DNA of 61,583 nt, filler included, from Theionarchaea archaeon (GTDB lineage Archaea; Methanobacteriota_B; Thermococci; Methanofastidiosales; SZ-28-30), in the NCBI GenBank assembly GCA_018992565.1. It is 2 parts of 2 records of this genome, joined end to end, with 100 filler letters (N's around TTAATTAATTAA, not from the genome) between each part and the next. Parts side by side here need not be neighbours in the genome. Positions count along the whole stretch, not along the records: positions 30,970 to 61,583 come from JACVGW010000024.1; 1 more part is not named here. One strand, given 5' to 3'. Shown piece after piece: positions 38,674 through 48,620 of the stretch. The notes beneath the pieces were generated by a model. The model searched no databases. It was not told the DNA's origin and was given only the letters and a program-made list of their open reading frames with translations. Made by a program: the position numbers and the translations under genes. The number at the start of each line of letters is the position of its first letter. Within the stretch, counting starts at the first letter, position 1.

Positions 38674-40221
38674 ATGGACATGCTGTTATTAGGCTTGTTG
38701 ACGGTCTATCTGTTGGTTGTGCTGTACGTGGGATACTGGGGAATGAAACGTTCGAAGACGCTGGAAGACTATGTCCTGGCAGGGAGAAATATTCCCCCTC
38801 TGGTTCTAGCCTTCACCCTTCTGGCTACCTGGTTCAGCGGATGGGCATTCGTGGGAAACCCCGGATATATGTATGCATACGGATTTCCTGCCATGCACTG
38901 GAACCTGTTCCTGGGAGTCGGAATAATGCTTTCTATCGTATTCTTTGCTCTGCCCCTTAGAACTTCCACGGAACGGTTGAAGAGCCTGTCTATCCCAGAC
39001 TGGATTGGAGATCGATATGATTCCAAGCTTGCTCGAGGACTAGTGGCAATTTTGGCAATAATAGTCCTGATCATTTCCATGGTTTCGCAGTACAAAGCTA
39101 TAGCTCTGCTATTCGAACCCTTCCTTGGATTGACATTCCAGCAGACTACCATAATATTCGGCCTCATCGTCGTCTTCTATGCGTGTGTGGGAGGATTGTT
39201 CGCTGTTGCATACACCGACTTTCTGCAGGGTGCCATGATGCTGCCCATTGCTCTTGCCCCCATAATGGCTTTCGTCATGGTGGGCGGGACATCTGGATTC
39301 TTGGACAGCATCGCTGGAAAAGTTGAACCTTACTACACTGGATTTTCCGGAGGACTGAACACCCCGATGTATCTTCTTGCCATTGGACTAGTCTTTCTCT
39401 TGATGCACGTCAGTTCAGTGTACAACTCTGTGAGATTCCTGTTCCTGAAAAAGGAAAAAGGAGGTTTCACAAAGATGCTGTGGTACGTTCTGGCCTTGTA
39501 CTGTGTACTGTGGGTTGCAGGGTTTACCGGCTGGTTTGGAAAGGCAGTCTATCCTGATCTTGCTTCACCTGACCAGATCATGCCGCTGATGATCACCACT
39601 GTGTTCCCGAGAGCTGTGGCCCTGGTATTGACGTTGACCATTCTCGCCGCCGTTATGTCTTCGTCTGATTCGATACTGATGGCCATGGGAACTGCAATGG
39701 GAAGAGATCTATATCAGAAGTGCATTAAACCAGAGGCATCAGAGAAATCTGTCATGCAGCTGACCAGAGTAGCCGTTGTTGTTCTGGGAATTATACCCAT
39801 TATCATGCTACTGTGGAGAACACCTCAGTTCCTGGCCATATTTATGGCGATGGGAACGACTGGGTTAGGAACCGCTATTCTGGCACCAATAATACTTGGC
39901 CTGTACTGGAAGCGAGGAACAAAGTACGGTGCTCTGGCAAGCATCATTCTCGGACCCGCAACGTATGTGGCAGGGATCAAAATTGCAGGCTGGGCGTGGC
40001 CTTATGCGGGAGTGCTGGCCATTGCCCTGGCGACTGTCCTGTACGTGATAGTATCTCTGGTGACTAAACCACCTTCAGAAGAGATTATCACACTGGGCGT
40101 CACTGGCAAAGGAATATCACCTGCCAAAGCACCTGCAAAGAAGGGAAAACCCGCGACTGCGGTAAATTCTCTTGAATGGAAGAGCGTCTACATTAATCTC
40201 TTCGCCAATTCCTCCCCATAG
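38674..40221 (+). CDS. Sodium:solute symporter (PutP/PanF-like SSS family)
   Basis: DYVLAGR, ATWFSGWAFVG.PG, GGLFAVAYTDFLQG, AAVMSSSDS, LGLYWKR; about 13 TM helices. Confidence 0.93.
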   Translation: MDMLLLGLLTVYLLVVLYVGYWGMKRSKTLEDYVLAGRNIPPLVLAFTLLATWFSGWAFVGNPGYMYAYGFPAMHWNLFLGVGIMLSIVFFALPLRTSTERLKSLSIPDWIGDRYDSKLARGLVAILAIIVLIISMVSQYKAIALLFEPFLGLTFQQTTIIFGLIVVFYACVGGLFAVAYTDFLQGAMMLPIALAPIMAFVMVGGTSGFLDSIAGKVEPYYTGFSGGLNTPMYLLAIGLVFLLMHVSSVYNSVRFLFLKKEKGGFTKMLWYVLALYCVLWVAGFTGWFGKAVYPDLASPDQIMPLMITTVFPRAVALVLTLTILAAVMSSSDSILMAMGTAMGRDLYQKCIKPEASEKSVMQLTRVAVVVLGIIPIIMLLWRTPQFLAIFMAMGTTGLGTAILAPIILGLYWKRGTKYGALASIILGPATYVAGIKIAGWAWPYAGVLAIALATVLYVIVSLVTKPPSEEIITLGVTGKGISPAKAPAKKGKPATAVNSLEWKSVYINLFANSSP

Positions 40222-40226
40222 ACACC

Positions 40227-40250
40227 TTTCTTTTTTTCTTTTTTCTTTTT
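40227..40250 (+). terminator. Oligo-T terminator candidate
   Basis: Long T-rich tract directly after the symporter stop. Confidence 0.45.
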
Positions 40251-40274
40251 CTAGAGAGAAAATGAGGGAATAAC

Positions 40275-40841
40275 ATGGAATGTAAAGAAGAAAAAAATAT
40301 TAAGACTTTTGAGCCCACAATCTCCACGCGAGATTCCATCAAGCGAGTTGAAAGAGTGGGGCTCTTCAAGAGACTGACACGGAGGGGAAATTCTGAGCTC
40401 CTCCGGGGTATTGAAAGCAAACTGGTATATTACCCATTCTGGTTTTTCACCTTCGACGTGAGAGTACATCGTGCGTTCCGTCTCCCCGATAAGAAAGTCA
40501 TGATCCCTGTTGCTGTTGATGCAGTAAGTGGAAAGGCCGGCTTCCTTGAAGCAAACCTCGGTGCTCTGGTAGACAAGACAGTAGAGAAACCATATATCAT
40601 TCCCTACACGGTGGAGTACAGCAATGCGGTAAATATTGCAGAGCAGTTCTGCAAATTGTATGTAAACAGGGAGTATCATCCATTTTCTCTCCCGGACTAT
40701 ATTCTCATGGAGTACCAGCTCATACATCCCCCGTATTTTGCAGTGAACAGCACAAATGAGCCTGCAGATCAGCACTTCTTAGTACTGGTCAACGGCATAA
40801 CTGGCTCGGTAGAACAAAAAGAAGAAATCCTCTTGGATTAG
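40275..40841 (+). CDS. Hypothetical protein with internal duplication (LVYYPFW..VDAVSG / LIHPPYF..VNGITG)
   Basis: 188-aa ORF with a GAGGG RBS and two similar motifs. Confidence 0.7.
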   Translation: MECKEEKNIKTFEPTISTRDSIKRVERVGLFKRLTRRGNSELLRGIESKLVYYPFWFFTFDVRVHRAFRLPDKKVMIPVAVDAVSGKAGFLEANLGALVDKTVEKPYIIPYTVEYSNAVNIAEQFCKLYVNREYHPFSLPDYILMEYQLIHPPYFAVNSTNEPADQHFLVLVNGITGSVEQKEEILLD

Positions 40842-40915
40842 GACGACTGGGATCTCCTCATAGCCATGAGAAAACGAGGGGGCAGAAAAGAGAAAAAGAA
40901 AGAAGAGATAAGAAA

Positions 40916-42973
40916 TCAAGAAAGCATTTGCTCAAGAAGTTCGATAGCCTTCTCGTATAGATCTGCAGCTTCCAGAGCCAGTGTATTCGCTGTAACACAG
41001 TTTCCCCGTGCAAGGTGCTCCGCAGCCTCGGATAAGAGCTGCTCAGCTTTTTCCATCAGTTCTTCAGCCTCAGATACATCAATTCCTTTCTCATTGGCTT
41101 CAGACAGCAGGTCGTGTGCCTTTGCAGATAGCTTCTGGGCCTTGGAGAGGTTGTGCTGAGCAAGTGGAGACATCTGGTTATTTGTCTGAGCGGAAGCAGG
41201 CTCAGTCTCAGTCTCAGTTTCGGATGTGGTGTCTTCTAGGCTGCCGAGCTGTGCATTCAGCGCAAACTGGATGAGAAGTTCTGCATCTTCTTCAGAGATT
41301 TTCTTCCCTCTCTGGGCTTCAACTTCATGAATAAATGCGTTGAGCATGTTTACTGCAGGTGTGATATTCCCTCTGGTGTACTGCATACATGCATTCTCCG
41401 CCTTGGCGGCCAGGCTGTTCCTCAGGCCTTTGTGGAAGTCCAGTGATCTCACCAGATCTGCTAGATCACAGATTCTATCTGTGCATCCGTTCTGGTCAGC
41501 ATCCAGTCCCTGAGGATTCTCCTCGGGACACGAATCCAGCTCATCAGGTATGCCATCTCCATCCGAATCTCCGTTCCCTGAACCCTCTTTTGCAGTGAAG
41601 TATACTTCCCAGTCAGTGCCGTCCCATCCCTGCCACACCACGTATGATTTTCCTGATCCATCTGTGGCAATCTGGGGGCTCCAGTCGTCTCGTGTCTCAT
41701 TCTCTGTATGGATTGAGAGCTTCTCAGCTGTACCGGGGACTCCATCACCATCTATTGGCACCCAGTAGACCTCATCATCTCTACCATCGAATCCTTTCCA
41801 GGTCACAAATGAGTTTCCATCACTGTCTGCCACAATCTGTGGAGTGTAGTCATACTTGGATATCGTGTCCTCGTGCGTAGATATTTTCTGCACATCTCCT
41901 GGCACATCCCCGGAAACTGCAACCCAGTAGATGTCATTATCAGAGCCATCATAGCCCTGCCAGGTGATGTATGAATTCCCCGTTCCATCAGCAGCAATCT
42001 GAGGGTAGTAGTCTGTCCTTGTCTGATTGTCTGAATGGGTTGATACCTTGTATACCTGTCCAGGCGTGCCTGAATGCATGCGCACCCAGAATATTTCATA
42101 GTCCTGACCATCGTGACCCATCCAGGTGACATACGAATCTCCTGACTGATCAGCAGCAATTTGTGGGTACCAGTCATCCCTGCTGATATTATCTTCATGG
42201 ACAGATATCTTTTGCACAGTGCCTGCGTTCTCCAGTGTGTCTATTGATACCCAGTATATCTCGTCATCTGATCCATCATCACCATACCACACGACATATG
42301 AATTCCCTGATCCATCAACAGCGATCTGGGGATTCCAGTCATCGTATGTTTGATTGTCAGGATGGGTAGATATCTTCTGTACAGTGCCCGAAACACCCTG
42401 TGCATCCACCTTGACCCAGTAAATCTCATTATGATACTGGGCTCGACAGCGCCACACGACATATGAATTCCCTGATCCATCAGCAGCGATCTGGGGATCG
42501 AAGTCTTCTCTGTCTACATTGTCAGGATGGGTAGATATCTTCTGTACAGTGCCCGAAACACCCTGTGCATCCACCTTGACCCAGTAAATCTCGTTGTCAT
42601 GTCCATCATAACCTCGCCACACAACGTATGAATTCCCTGACCCGTCTAGTGCAATCTGAGGTCCCCAGTCTTGCATTCCTACGTTGTCAGGATGCGTAGA
42701 GATCATCTGGATCGTACCTGGTATGCCCTCTGCATCCACTTTAACCCAGTAAATCTCCCAGTTGTACCCATCAGACCCATGCCACACTACATAGCAGTTG
42801 CCACTAGAATCTGCAGCGATCTGGGGGTCATAATTCTGCCGGTATGTAACATCTGGATCATATGAAAGCTTCAGCACCTCTTCTGCTCCTACGTTACTGC
42901 AGAAAGAGAATCCTAAGAGAGAACCTACCATTACAAAAGTCACAAGCGCCGCTTTCTCCTTTCTCGGATACAT
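40916..42973 (-). CDS. Secreted protein with eight ~55-aa repeats (beta-propeller), a TSP3-like Ca-binding motif and a helical C-terminus
   Basis: Signal peptide; 8 copies of PQIAxDxSGNSYVxW; DSDGDGIPDELDSCP; GGAGGTGA RBS. Confidence 0.82.
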   Translation of the reverse strand: MYPRKEKAALVTFVMVGSLLGFSFCSNVGAEEVLKLSYDPDVTYRQNYDPQIAADSSGNCYVVWHGSDGYNWEIYWVKVDAEGIPGTIQMISTHPDNVGMQDWGPQIALDGSGNSYVVWRGYDGHDNEIYWVKVDAQGVSGTVQKISTHPDNVDREDFDPQIAADGSGNSYVVWRCRAQYHNEIYWVKVDAQGVSGTVQKISTHPDNQTYDDWNPQIAVDGSGNSYVVWYGDDGSDDEIYWVSIDTLENAGTVQKISVHEDNISRDDWYPQIAADQSGDSYVTWMGHDGQDYEIFWVRMHSGTPGQVYKVSTHSDNQTRTDYYPQIAADGTGNSYITWQGYDGSDNDIYWVAVSGDVPGDVQKISTHEDTISKYDYTPQIVADSDGNSFVTWKGFDGRDDEVYWVPIDGDGVPGTAEKLSIHTENETRDDWSPQIATDGSGKSYVVWQGWDGTDWEVYFTAKEGSGNGDSDGDGIPDELDSCPEENPQGLDADQNGCTDRICDLADLVRSLDFHKGLRNSLAAKAENACMQYTRGNITPAVNMLNAFIHEVEAQRGKKISEEDAELLIQFALNAQLGSLEDTTSETETETEPASAQTNNQMSPLAQHNLSKAQKLSAKAHDLLSEANEKGIDVSEAEELMEKAEQLLSEAAEHLARGNCVTANTLALEAADLYEKAIELLEQMLS
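42353..42592. repeat. Identical 75-bp direct repeat (42353-42427 and 42518-42592; 165-bp period)
   Basis: ATTGTCAGGATGGG...CCCAGTAAATCTC occurs twice, encoding adjacent propeller blades. Confidence 0.9.
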
Positions 42974-43626
42974 TTTTCCTCTTCACCTCCGTTACTCTCT
43001 TGAAGTGTTACTCCCTCAAGCACCTCTACTACTACACACATATACTTAAAGGTTTGGGTTTTAGACCATACTTGGAAAACAATGAGAAAAATAAGCCATT
43101 TACTGATTAAAATGTATTGGTATATTATTCATTATTTTCATCCATTTCTGCTGTGTGAAGGAGAAAAATCAAAGCGAGATGTGAGCTCATGTCCCCAGGA
43201 ATCTTTCTCTAAACAGCTCTTATAGGGCAATTGTCACTTCTCTCCAGAGCGGAGTGAACAAGAACCAGAAAAAGAACCTCCCTGCATTTCCTCTTCCTCG
43301 GGTTTCAAGGAAATACAAGGCGGAGATGAGCCCATATCCAGAGGCTATTGCGTATTTGATTTTCTGTTTCCCCAGTACTTATAAGAGTTGGGTTTGCAGT
43401 ATTTTGTGCAGACTTGGAACTGGGAGCTAAATGCGAGTTTCTGGAATGACTCCCAGGCATGATATTACAATCTCGAGTCAGATGATGCACCACATTAGTG
43501 GCATTTTACCATAAAAAATCAAATCTAGCAATAGTTACTGACATTTTATGTAAGCCTTCCATGTTGCTCGGAATTCTTTCAACATTATATGGAAAGATAT
43601 TTAAATGTGTTGTCCAAGTGATCCTT

Positions 43627-44328
43627 ATGAGAAAAGGACTCTCACCTATCATTGCCACTATACTTCTCATAGCAATAGCTGTTGCTGTGGGTTCGATTGT
43701 TTCCATTTATGTAACAGGTCACGCGTCAGATTATATGAACAAGGAAGGCGAACGGAGGGAACGGATTCTGGACAAGGAGGGAGAATCACTCGAGCTTATT
43801 CATGTAGAATCAGCGGGCGGAAATGTCACGTTGACTGTACAAAACAATGGAACAACAGACGTTGAAGTCACATATGTTACCATAAATGAAACAGACTATA
43901 ATCAACTTTCCCCTACCACCATGATTGATTACGGTGAGTCTCAGGATATCACAGTCGCCTTTGGTAGTACTGTAAATTCACTGGAACTTGGGAGCAGGTT
44001 GGGAAACATTTTTGTGTTTAATGCACCTTCTCCACGAATTGAAATCATCAATTCCTTTTTCAATGCAGATAACAAACTGGTTACCTTTTCTGGTGAAGGA
44101 TCCACAGATGATGGAAGGATTGTCCAGTGGGCCTGGTGTTTCAGGTGGGATGAAGCAACAGACACCTGTCTTGCAGGCTGCGACGGGTCTCCCTCAGCGT
44201 GGGGATATGGAAAAGTAACTAGTTATTCATATATTGGATGTAGTGCAGGAACCTATGCAGTCAAGCTAGTTGTAACAGATGACACAGGGATGACAGGTGA
44301 GGTTCTTGTTTACGTCAATATCCCGTGA
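43627..44328 (+). CDS. Archaeal type IV pilin-like protein with C-terminal PKD-like domain
   Basis: Class III signal peptide MRKG|LSPIIATILLIAIAV; FSGEGSTDDGRIVQWAW...YAVKLVVTDDTG. Confidence 0.85.
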   Translation: MRKGLSPIIATILLIAIAVAVGSIVSIYVTGHASDYMNKEGERRERILDKEGESLELIHVESAGGNVTLTVQNNGTTDVEVTYVTINETDYNQLSPTTMIDYGESQDITVAFGSTVNSLELGSRLGNIFVFNAPSPRIEIINSFFNADNKLVTFSGEGSTDDGRIVQWAWCFRWDEATDTCLAGCDGSPSAWGYGKVTSYSYIGCSAGTYAVKLVVTDDTGMTGEVLVYVNIP

Positions 44329-44340
44329 GGTGAGAAAAGT

Positions 44341-46233
44341 ATGACTTTATCTTGGAAGAAGCTGGTTAGCAGGAAAGGAGTTTCTCCGGTAATTAGCTTT
44401 GTGCTTATCGTAGCCGTATTGTTGTCAGTGTTCTCTTTGCTTTTCATGTGGAACCTCAGTCAGGAAGAACTGAAGACGCAGAGAGAGAGGGAGAGAATCC
44501 AGCAACTGAAACTGGTGGAGGGTGAATCCCTGGCTTATTTGACCATTCCCTCAGACACCAGCGCCTTCACAGTGTACAACAATGGTACGGTAGCTCCTGA
44601 CATACGACACGTGTACGTTGATGGAAGTGAAACAACAGGATTCACTGTCACACAGGATACAGACAATCCAAGGAAGTGGTTAATTTCTACAGGAACCATG
44701 GTATCCTCATCGATAAAAATTGAGACCAGCCTGGGAAATATCTATTCGTATGCGGGGCCTACTGCAGTGATCGACCTGCTGTCCTGGAGTGATCTGGATA
44801 CCAAGGTCATTCTCGTTCTTGACGGGTCAAAATCAAATGCGGTGGGAGCGTCCATTTCCAAGTGGGAATGGACATACACGGATGGTGGATCAGCCAGCGG
44901 GGCCAGAGTCCAGCTTGAACTTGATAAACCGGCAGAAGGGAGCAGTGCTTCTCAGGTAATCATCACGCTCACTGTCACTGACAGTACTGATATTTCAAAT
45001 TCCCCTGCTGTACGTGATGCAACTACTTCCATTACCTTGAGTATTCCTCCTGAAGGAGAGTCCGGGAGTGGGGAAGGAGATCCCGGGTTCGGAGGAGAAG
45101 GTGCTCCTGGTGGTATTTACATTTCATTGGGAGGAACTGGTGGAGGTACATCAGTTGCAGAAGGCCGTGTGATTGCTTTCAATATCAAGAATTTCTCAGG
45201 AAGAATGATACCCTTAACCTCACTGAGATTTTATGGTGTTAAGAATCCTTCAAACTACACGGCAGACGAGGTTTATATTGCACCGCCCGGTCAGGTATTG
45301 ACTGCTGCTGACATGTATTACTCTGGAGCTTCGGTTGGAGACGGGGGCATTGCGCAGTTCACCAAACCGTACTACGTTGGAGATAGAGACGAAGCCCACA
45401 TTGAGTTAAGGGCAAGCAGTGGTGCCAGACCCCAAGAAGGTCACATATTCATGATAATCATGTATGATGCTGCCACTCCTCAGAGTTACTATGTGGTGAC
45501 TGTTCCTATCAGGACTATGGACTACACCGATGACGTTGAATTCAGTGCTGTTGACGTCTTCCATGTCACAGGTAGCGGATATATCCTGCAGGGAAAGTCA
45601 CTGGATCTTAACAACAGGAAATTGATGTCTATTGGGGTAGCTTTTTCCACACCTGCCAATGCAGGTGATCCATGTGATGACAGGATGACTGAATTCAATG
45701 TGGCAGGGATTGCGTACTGGACTGGCTCCATAACGTCTGGAACCACTATTTTTCTGGGAACAGACACTGATGGAGATGGACAGGCTGATACAGGTGTAAC
45801 CTGGGATAATTCCCGGACAGTGCAGTTCGATTTCAACTTCAATGATGTTGCTCAGCGATTCTACTATTTCGTGTACCGGTTTGAAGATGGTACCTCAGTT
45901 GCTCACAAAATTCCTCGATTCACCGTTGCTTTGGCCTCGGGAGAAACAGAACGCAGAGTGGTCGATCCGTCGACGGGTGGATCGGCAAGCTGGTCAATTG
46001 ACATTACTCAGATTGACATTCTCAACACGCCATTGAACTTGAATATCACTGGGCTGCCGTGCTACTGCACTGCATCTTTCAGTCCAGTATCGCCTATGGG
46101 CATGCCCAACGCGGTGACCCTGACAGTAGACATATTGCCTGGCGCCCCTACAGGGCTGTATCCCCTTGTGATAACGGGGAACAACAACAACTGGGCAGAC
46201 TCGGTGGTAGTGTTCCTGTACCTGGGGACATGA
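44341..46233 (+). CDS. Large type IV pilin-like adhesin with PKD/Ig-like domains
   Basis: Class III signal RKG|VSPVISFVLIVAV; LDGSKS..ISKWEW..ITLTVTD; GAGGTGA RBS. Confidence 0.78.
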   Translation: MTLSWKKLVSRKGVSPVISFVLIVAVLLSVFSLLFMWNLSQEELKTQRERERIQQLKLVEGESLAYLTIPSDTSAFTVYNNGTVAPDIRHVYVDGSETTGFTVTQDTDNPRKWLISTGTMVSSSIKIETSLGNIYSYAGPTAVIDLLSWSDLDTKVILVLDGSKSNAVGASISKWEWTYTDGGSASGARVQLELDKPAEGSSASQVIITLTVTDSTDISNSPAVRDATTSITLSIPPEGESGSGEGDPGFGGEGAPGGIYISLGGTGGGTSVAEGRVIAFNIKNFSGRMIPLTSLRFYGVKNPSNYTADEVYIAPPGQVLTAADMYYSGASVGDGGIAQFTKPYYVGDRDEAHIELRASSGARPQEGHIFMIIMYDAATPQSYYVVTVPIRTMDYTDDVEFSAVDVFHVTGSGYILQGKSLDLNNRKLMSIGVAFSTPANAGDPCDDRMTEFNVAGIAYWTGSITSGTTIFLGTDTDGDGQADTGVTWDNSRTVQFDFNFNDVAQRFYYFVYRFEDGTSVAHKIPRFTVALASGETERRVVDPSTGGSASWSIDITQIDILNTPLNLNITGLPCYCTASFSPVSPMGMPNAVTLTVDILPGAPTGLYPLVITGNNNNWADSVVVFLYLGT

Positions 46234-47921
46234 GGAGAGCAATCATGAGGAGAGCACTGGTACTTGCTTTGATCGGGTTCCTACTTTTCTTTTCTTATCC
46301 TGCTCTGAGCTGGTACGGACCTTTCATTGGATTTGGATCAGGGAATGATGCTACTCACGACATGGCGCTGGGAGATGTAGATAAGGATGGCATTGCGGAT
46401 CTAGTGACAGGGAACTATGGAACGCAAAACTATGTGTATTATGGGAATGGAGACGGCACCTTTACCACAACTCATGCATTTGGGACTGGAACTGACCTGA
46501 CTCAAGAGGTTCTTCTGTGCGACGTGAATAATGATACCTGGCTCGATATTGTGGTGGGAAACAACCAACAGCAAAATTACATATACCTCAATGACACAGA
46601 TGGTACCTTTGACACAACAAGCTATCCATTTGGAACGGGATCAGATAATACGTACGGGATTGCATACGGACTTATTAATGGAGATGCCTGGCCGGATCTT
46701 GTTGTGGGGAACCTTGGCCAGCAGAATTACGCTTACCTCAGTGATGGAGTAGGAAACCCCTTTGACAGCATAGCCCCCATTCCCTTTGGTCAGGGGGAGC
46801 CATTCTACAGTAGGACATGGGATGTTGTACTCGCGGATATGAACAATGATAGTGACCTGGATGTGGTGGTAGCCAACCACCAGCAGTACAATTTTGTTTA
46901 TTTGGGAGATGGAACAGGCAGCTTCAATACAGCCTATGGGTTTGGAAGCCAGGAAGAGTTCACCCATTCTCTGGCTGTTGACTATATCAATGGCGATGGG
47001 TTTCTGGACATAGTAGAAGGGAACTATGATGGACAAAACAGAGTATACCTGGGAAATGGAACAGGCAGCATGGGAACATCTTATAGTTTCGGTCCAGTTG
47101 ATGATCGAACCCAGGTGGTGACTCTATCAGATATTGATGGTGACACATACTTGGACGTACTGATAGGAAACGGGGGAGATACGCCCTTTCAGAACAGGAT
47201 TTTCATGGGGAATGGAGATGGTACCTTCAGCGCCTTTTACAATGTAGGCAGTCCTGATATTACATGGGATGCAGTGTTTGAAGATTTCAATGGCGATGCG
47301 CTTACTGACATTGCAGTAGTGAATGTTGGACAGAACAAGATATTCCTCAATTCAGAGACTACTATGGATAACCTGGCGAGTATTTTTGATGTTAATACGT
47401 TTTTCGTAGCAGGAGACACGGCCTACTGCACAGATGTCCTGGGATCTTCAAAGATTGCTTTTGGATTGGGAAGAGGAGGTGCCTCACAGAATCCAGAAGG
47501 GAGAACGGATCTCATACTGACCCCGACTGAGCATGACACAGGAAACCTGATCATTGTAGGAGGTCCAGCTGTTAACCCTGTCGCCACGGAATTTGACAGT
47601 TACTTCGGGATAACCTATACCTTTGTGGAAAATGTGAGTTTCGAAATCCAGTGCGAAGGATATGCAATATTCCTGGATATTGCACATGACTATCCTCAGG
47701 AAGATATCTGCATTGTGTACGTGGGAGAACATGATGGAAGGAACATAATGCTGGTGTGGGGCTACGGTTGGTTTGGTACCTATGCAGGTTCAGCATACAT
47801 TGGTGAAATCAGCAACTGGTCAGTTGAACAGGGGTATCACATGCTGATGATAAGGTGGAATGATATTAATACGGATGGGCTTATTCAGTCCGGCGAGATA
47901 GCAGTGCAACACAGAAACTAG
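46230..47921 (+). CDS. Secreted FG-GAP/VCBS-repeat beta-propeller protein with C-terminal S-layer-like domain
   Basis: About 7 repeats of DxxxDGxxDLVxGN; C-terminal NLIIVGGPAVNP..WGYGWFGTYA; ATGA coupling to the upstream pilin. Confidence 0.85.
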   Translation: MRRAIMRRALVLALIGFLLFFSYPALSWYGPFIGFGSGNDATHDMALGDVDKDGIADLVTGNYGTQNYVYYGNGDGTFTTTHAFGTGTDLTQEVLLCDVNNDTWLDIVVGNNQQQNYIYLNDTDGTFDTTSYPFGTGSDNTYGIAYGLINGDAWPDLVVGNLGQQNYAYLSDGVGNPFDSIAPIPFGQGEPFYSRTWDVVLADMNNDSDLDVVVANHQQYNFVYLGDGTGSFNTAYGFGSQEEFTHSLAVDYINGDGFLDIVEGNYDGQNRVYLGNGTGSMGTSYSFGPVDDRTQVVTLSDIDGDTYLDVLIGNGGDTPFQNRIFMGNGDGTFSAFYNVGSPDITWDAVFEDFNGDALTDIAVVNVGQNKIFLNSETTMDNLASIFDVNTFFVAGDTAYCTDVLGSSKIAFGLGRGGASQNPEGRTDLILTPTEHDTGNLIIVGGPAVNPVATEFDSYFGITYTFVENVSFEIQCEGYAIFLDIAHDYPQEDICIVYVGEHDGRNIMLVWGYGWFGTYAGSAYIGEISNWSVEQGYHMLMIRWNDINTDGLIQSGEIAVQHRN

Positions 47922-47999
47922 TCTTCGTCTTTCTGAGAACAAAGTGATAGAAGAAGGCCAGGAAATTCCTTTTTTCAATGTCATAACAGTCTTGTAGAA

Positions 48000-48620
48000 T
48001 CAAATGAAATTTAGAATGTCTTTCAGACTCTCCAGGACAAAATCAGACGTTTCCACAACAGCACTGTCGTGTGGATTATATGCCAGCTTGAGACCCACCG
48101 ATTGGAATAGCGATATATCTGGAGCTGCATCTCCTACTGCTGCAAACTCACAGGGAGGAATAGACAACCTCTGTGACAGATAGATAATCACAGCATCTTT
48201 CCCATAGGGTTCTACATTAAGGATTCCTCTGAGCTGTCCCTCTACCATGATAAGATCATTGGCGTACACCAGTGATGGGTCAATCCCCAGTCGTGCACCC
48301 ACCATGTGCGCAAGCATGCTGACTCCTGAGGATACAATACACGGGACTATATTCTTTTCTTTCAGTGTGGCCACAACCATCCCAGCATGAGGTTCTAATG
48401 TGAAAGCAGAAAGTGCGTGGCAAATATCAATGAGTGTGGGAGAATTCCATAATGAAATATCCCATTCCATCCAAGTTTCGTAGTTGATACGGTTGTCAAA
48501 ATAGGCATTTCGATTGTGCCGGACTTTCTCTCTGTCTGCCCTAAAATACGCATGAAGCAGTTCCCAGGAAGATTCTGAAATGAGTGTGCCATCCATGTCA
48601 AAGGCTACTGCCCGTATCAT
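48000..48620 (-). CDS. HAD-IB family phosphatase (phosphoserine phosphatase-like)
   Basis: FDMDGTL..SSW, IVSSG, AVGDAAPD. Confidence 0.88.
   Translation of the reverse strand: MIRAVAFDMDGTLISESSWELLHAYFRADREKVRHNRNAYFDNRINYETWMEWDISLWNSPTLIDICHALSAFTLEPHAGMVVATLKEKNIVPCIVSSGVSMLAHMVGARLGIDPSLVYANDLIMVEGQLRGILNVEPYGKDAVIIYLSQRLSIPPCEFAAVGDAAPDISLFQSVGLKLAYNPHDSAVVETSDFVLESLKDILNFI

Noticed and set aside
41600..42850. Regularly spaced repeats considered as a CRISPR array or DGR template/variable pair
   Set aside because: They are in-frame protein repeats with a ~165-bp period; there are no unique spacers, cas genes or reverse transcriptase in the window
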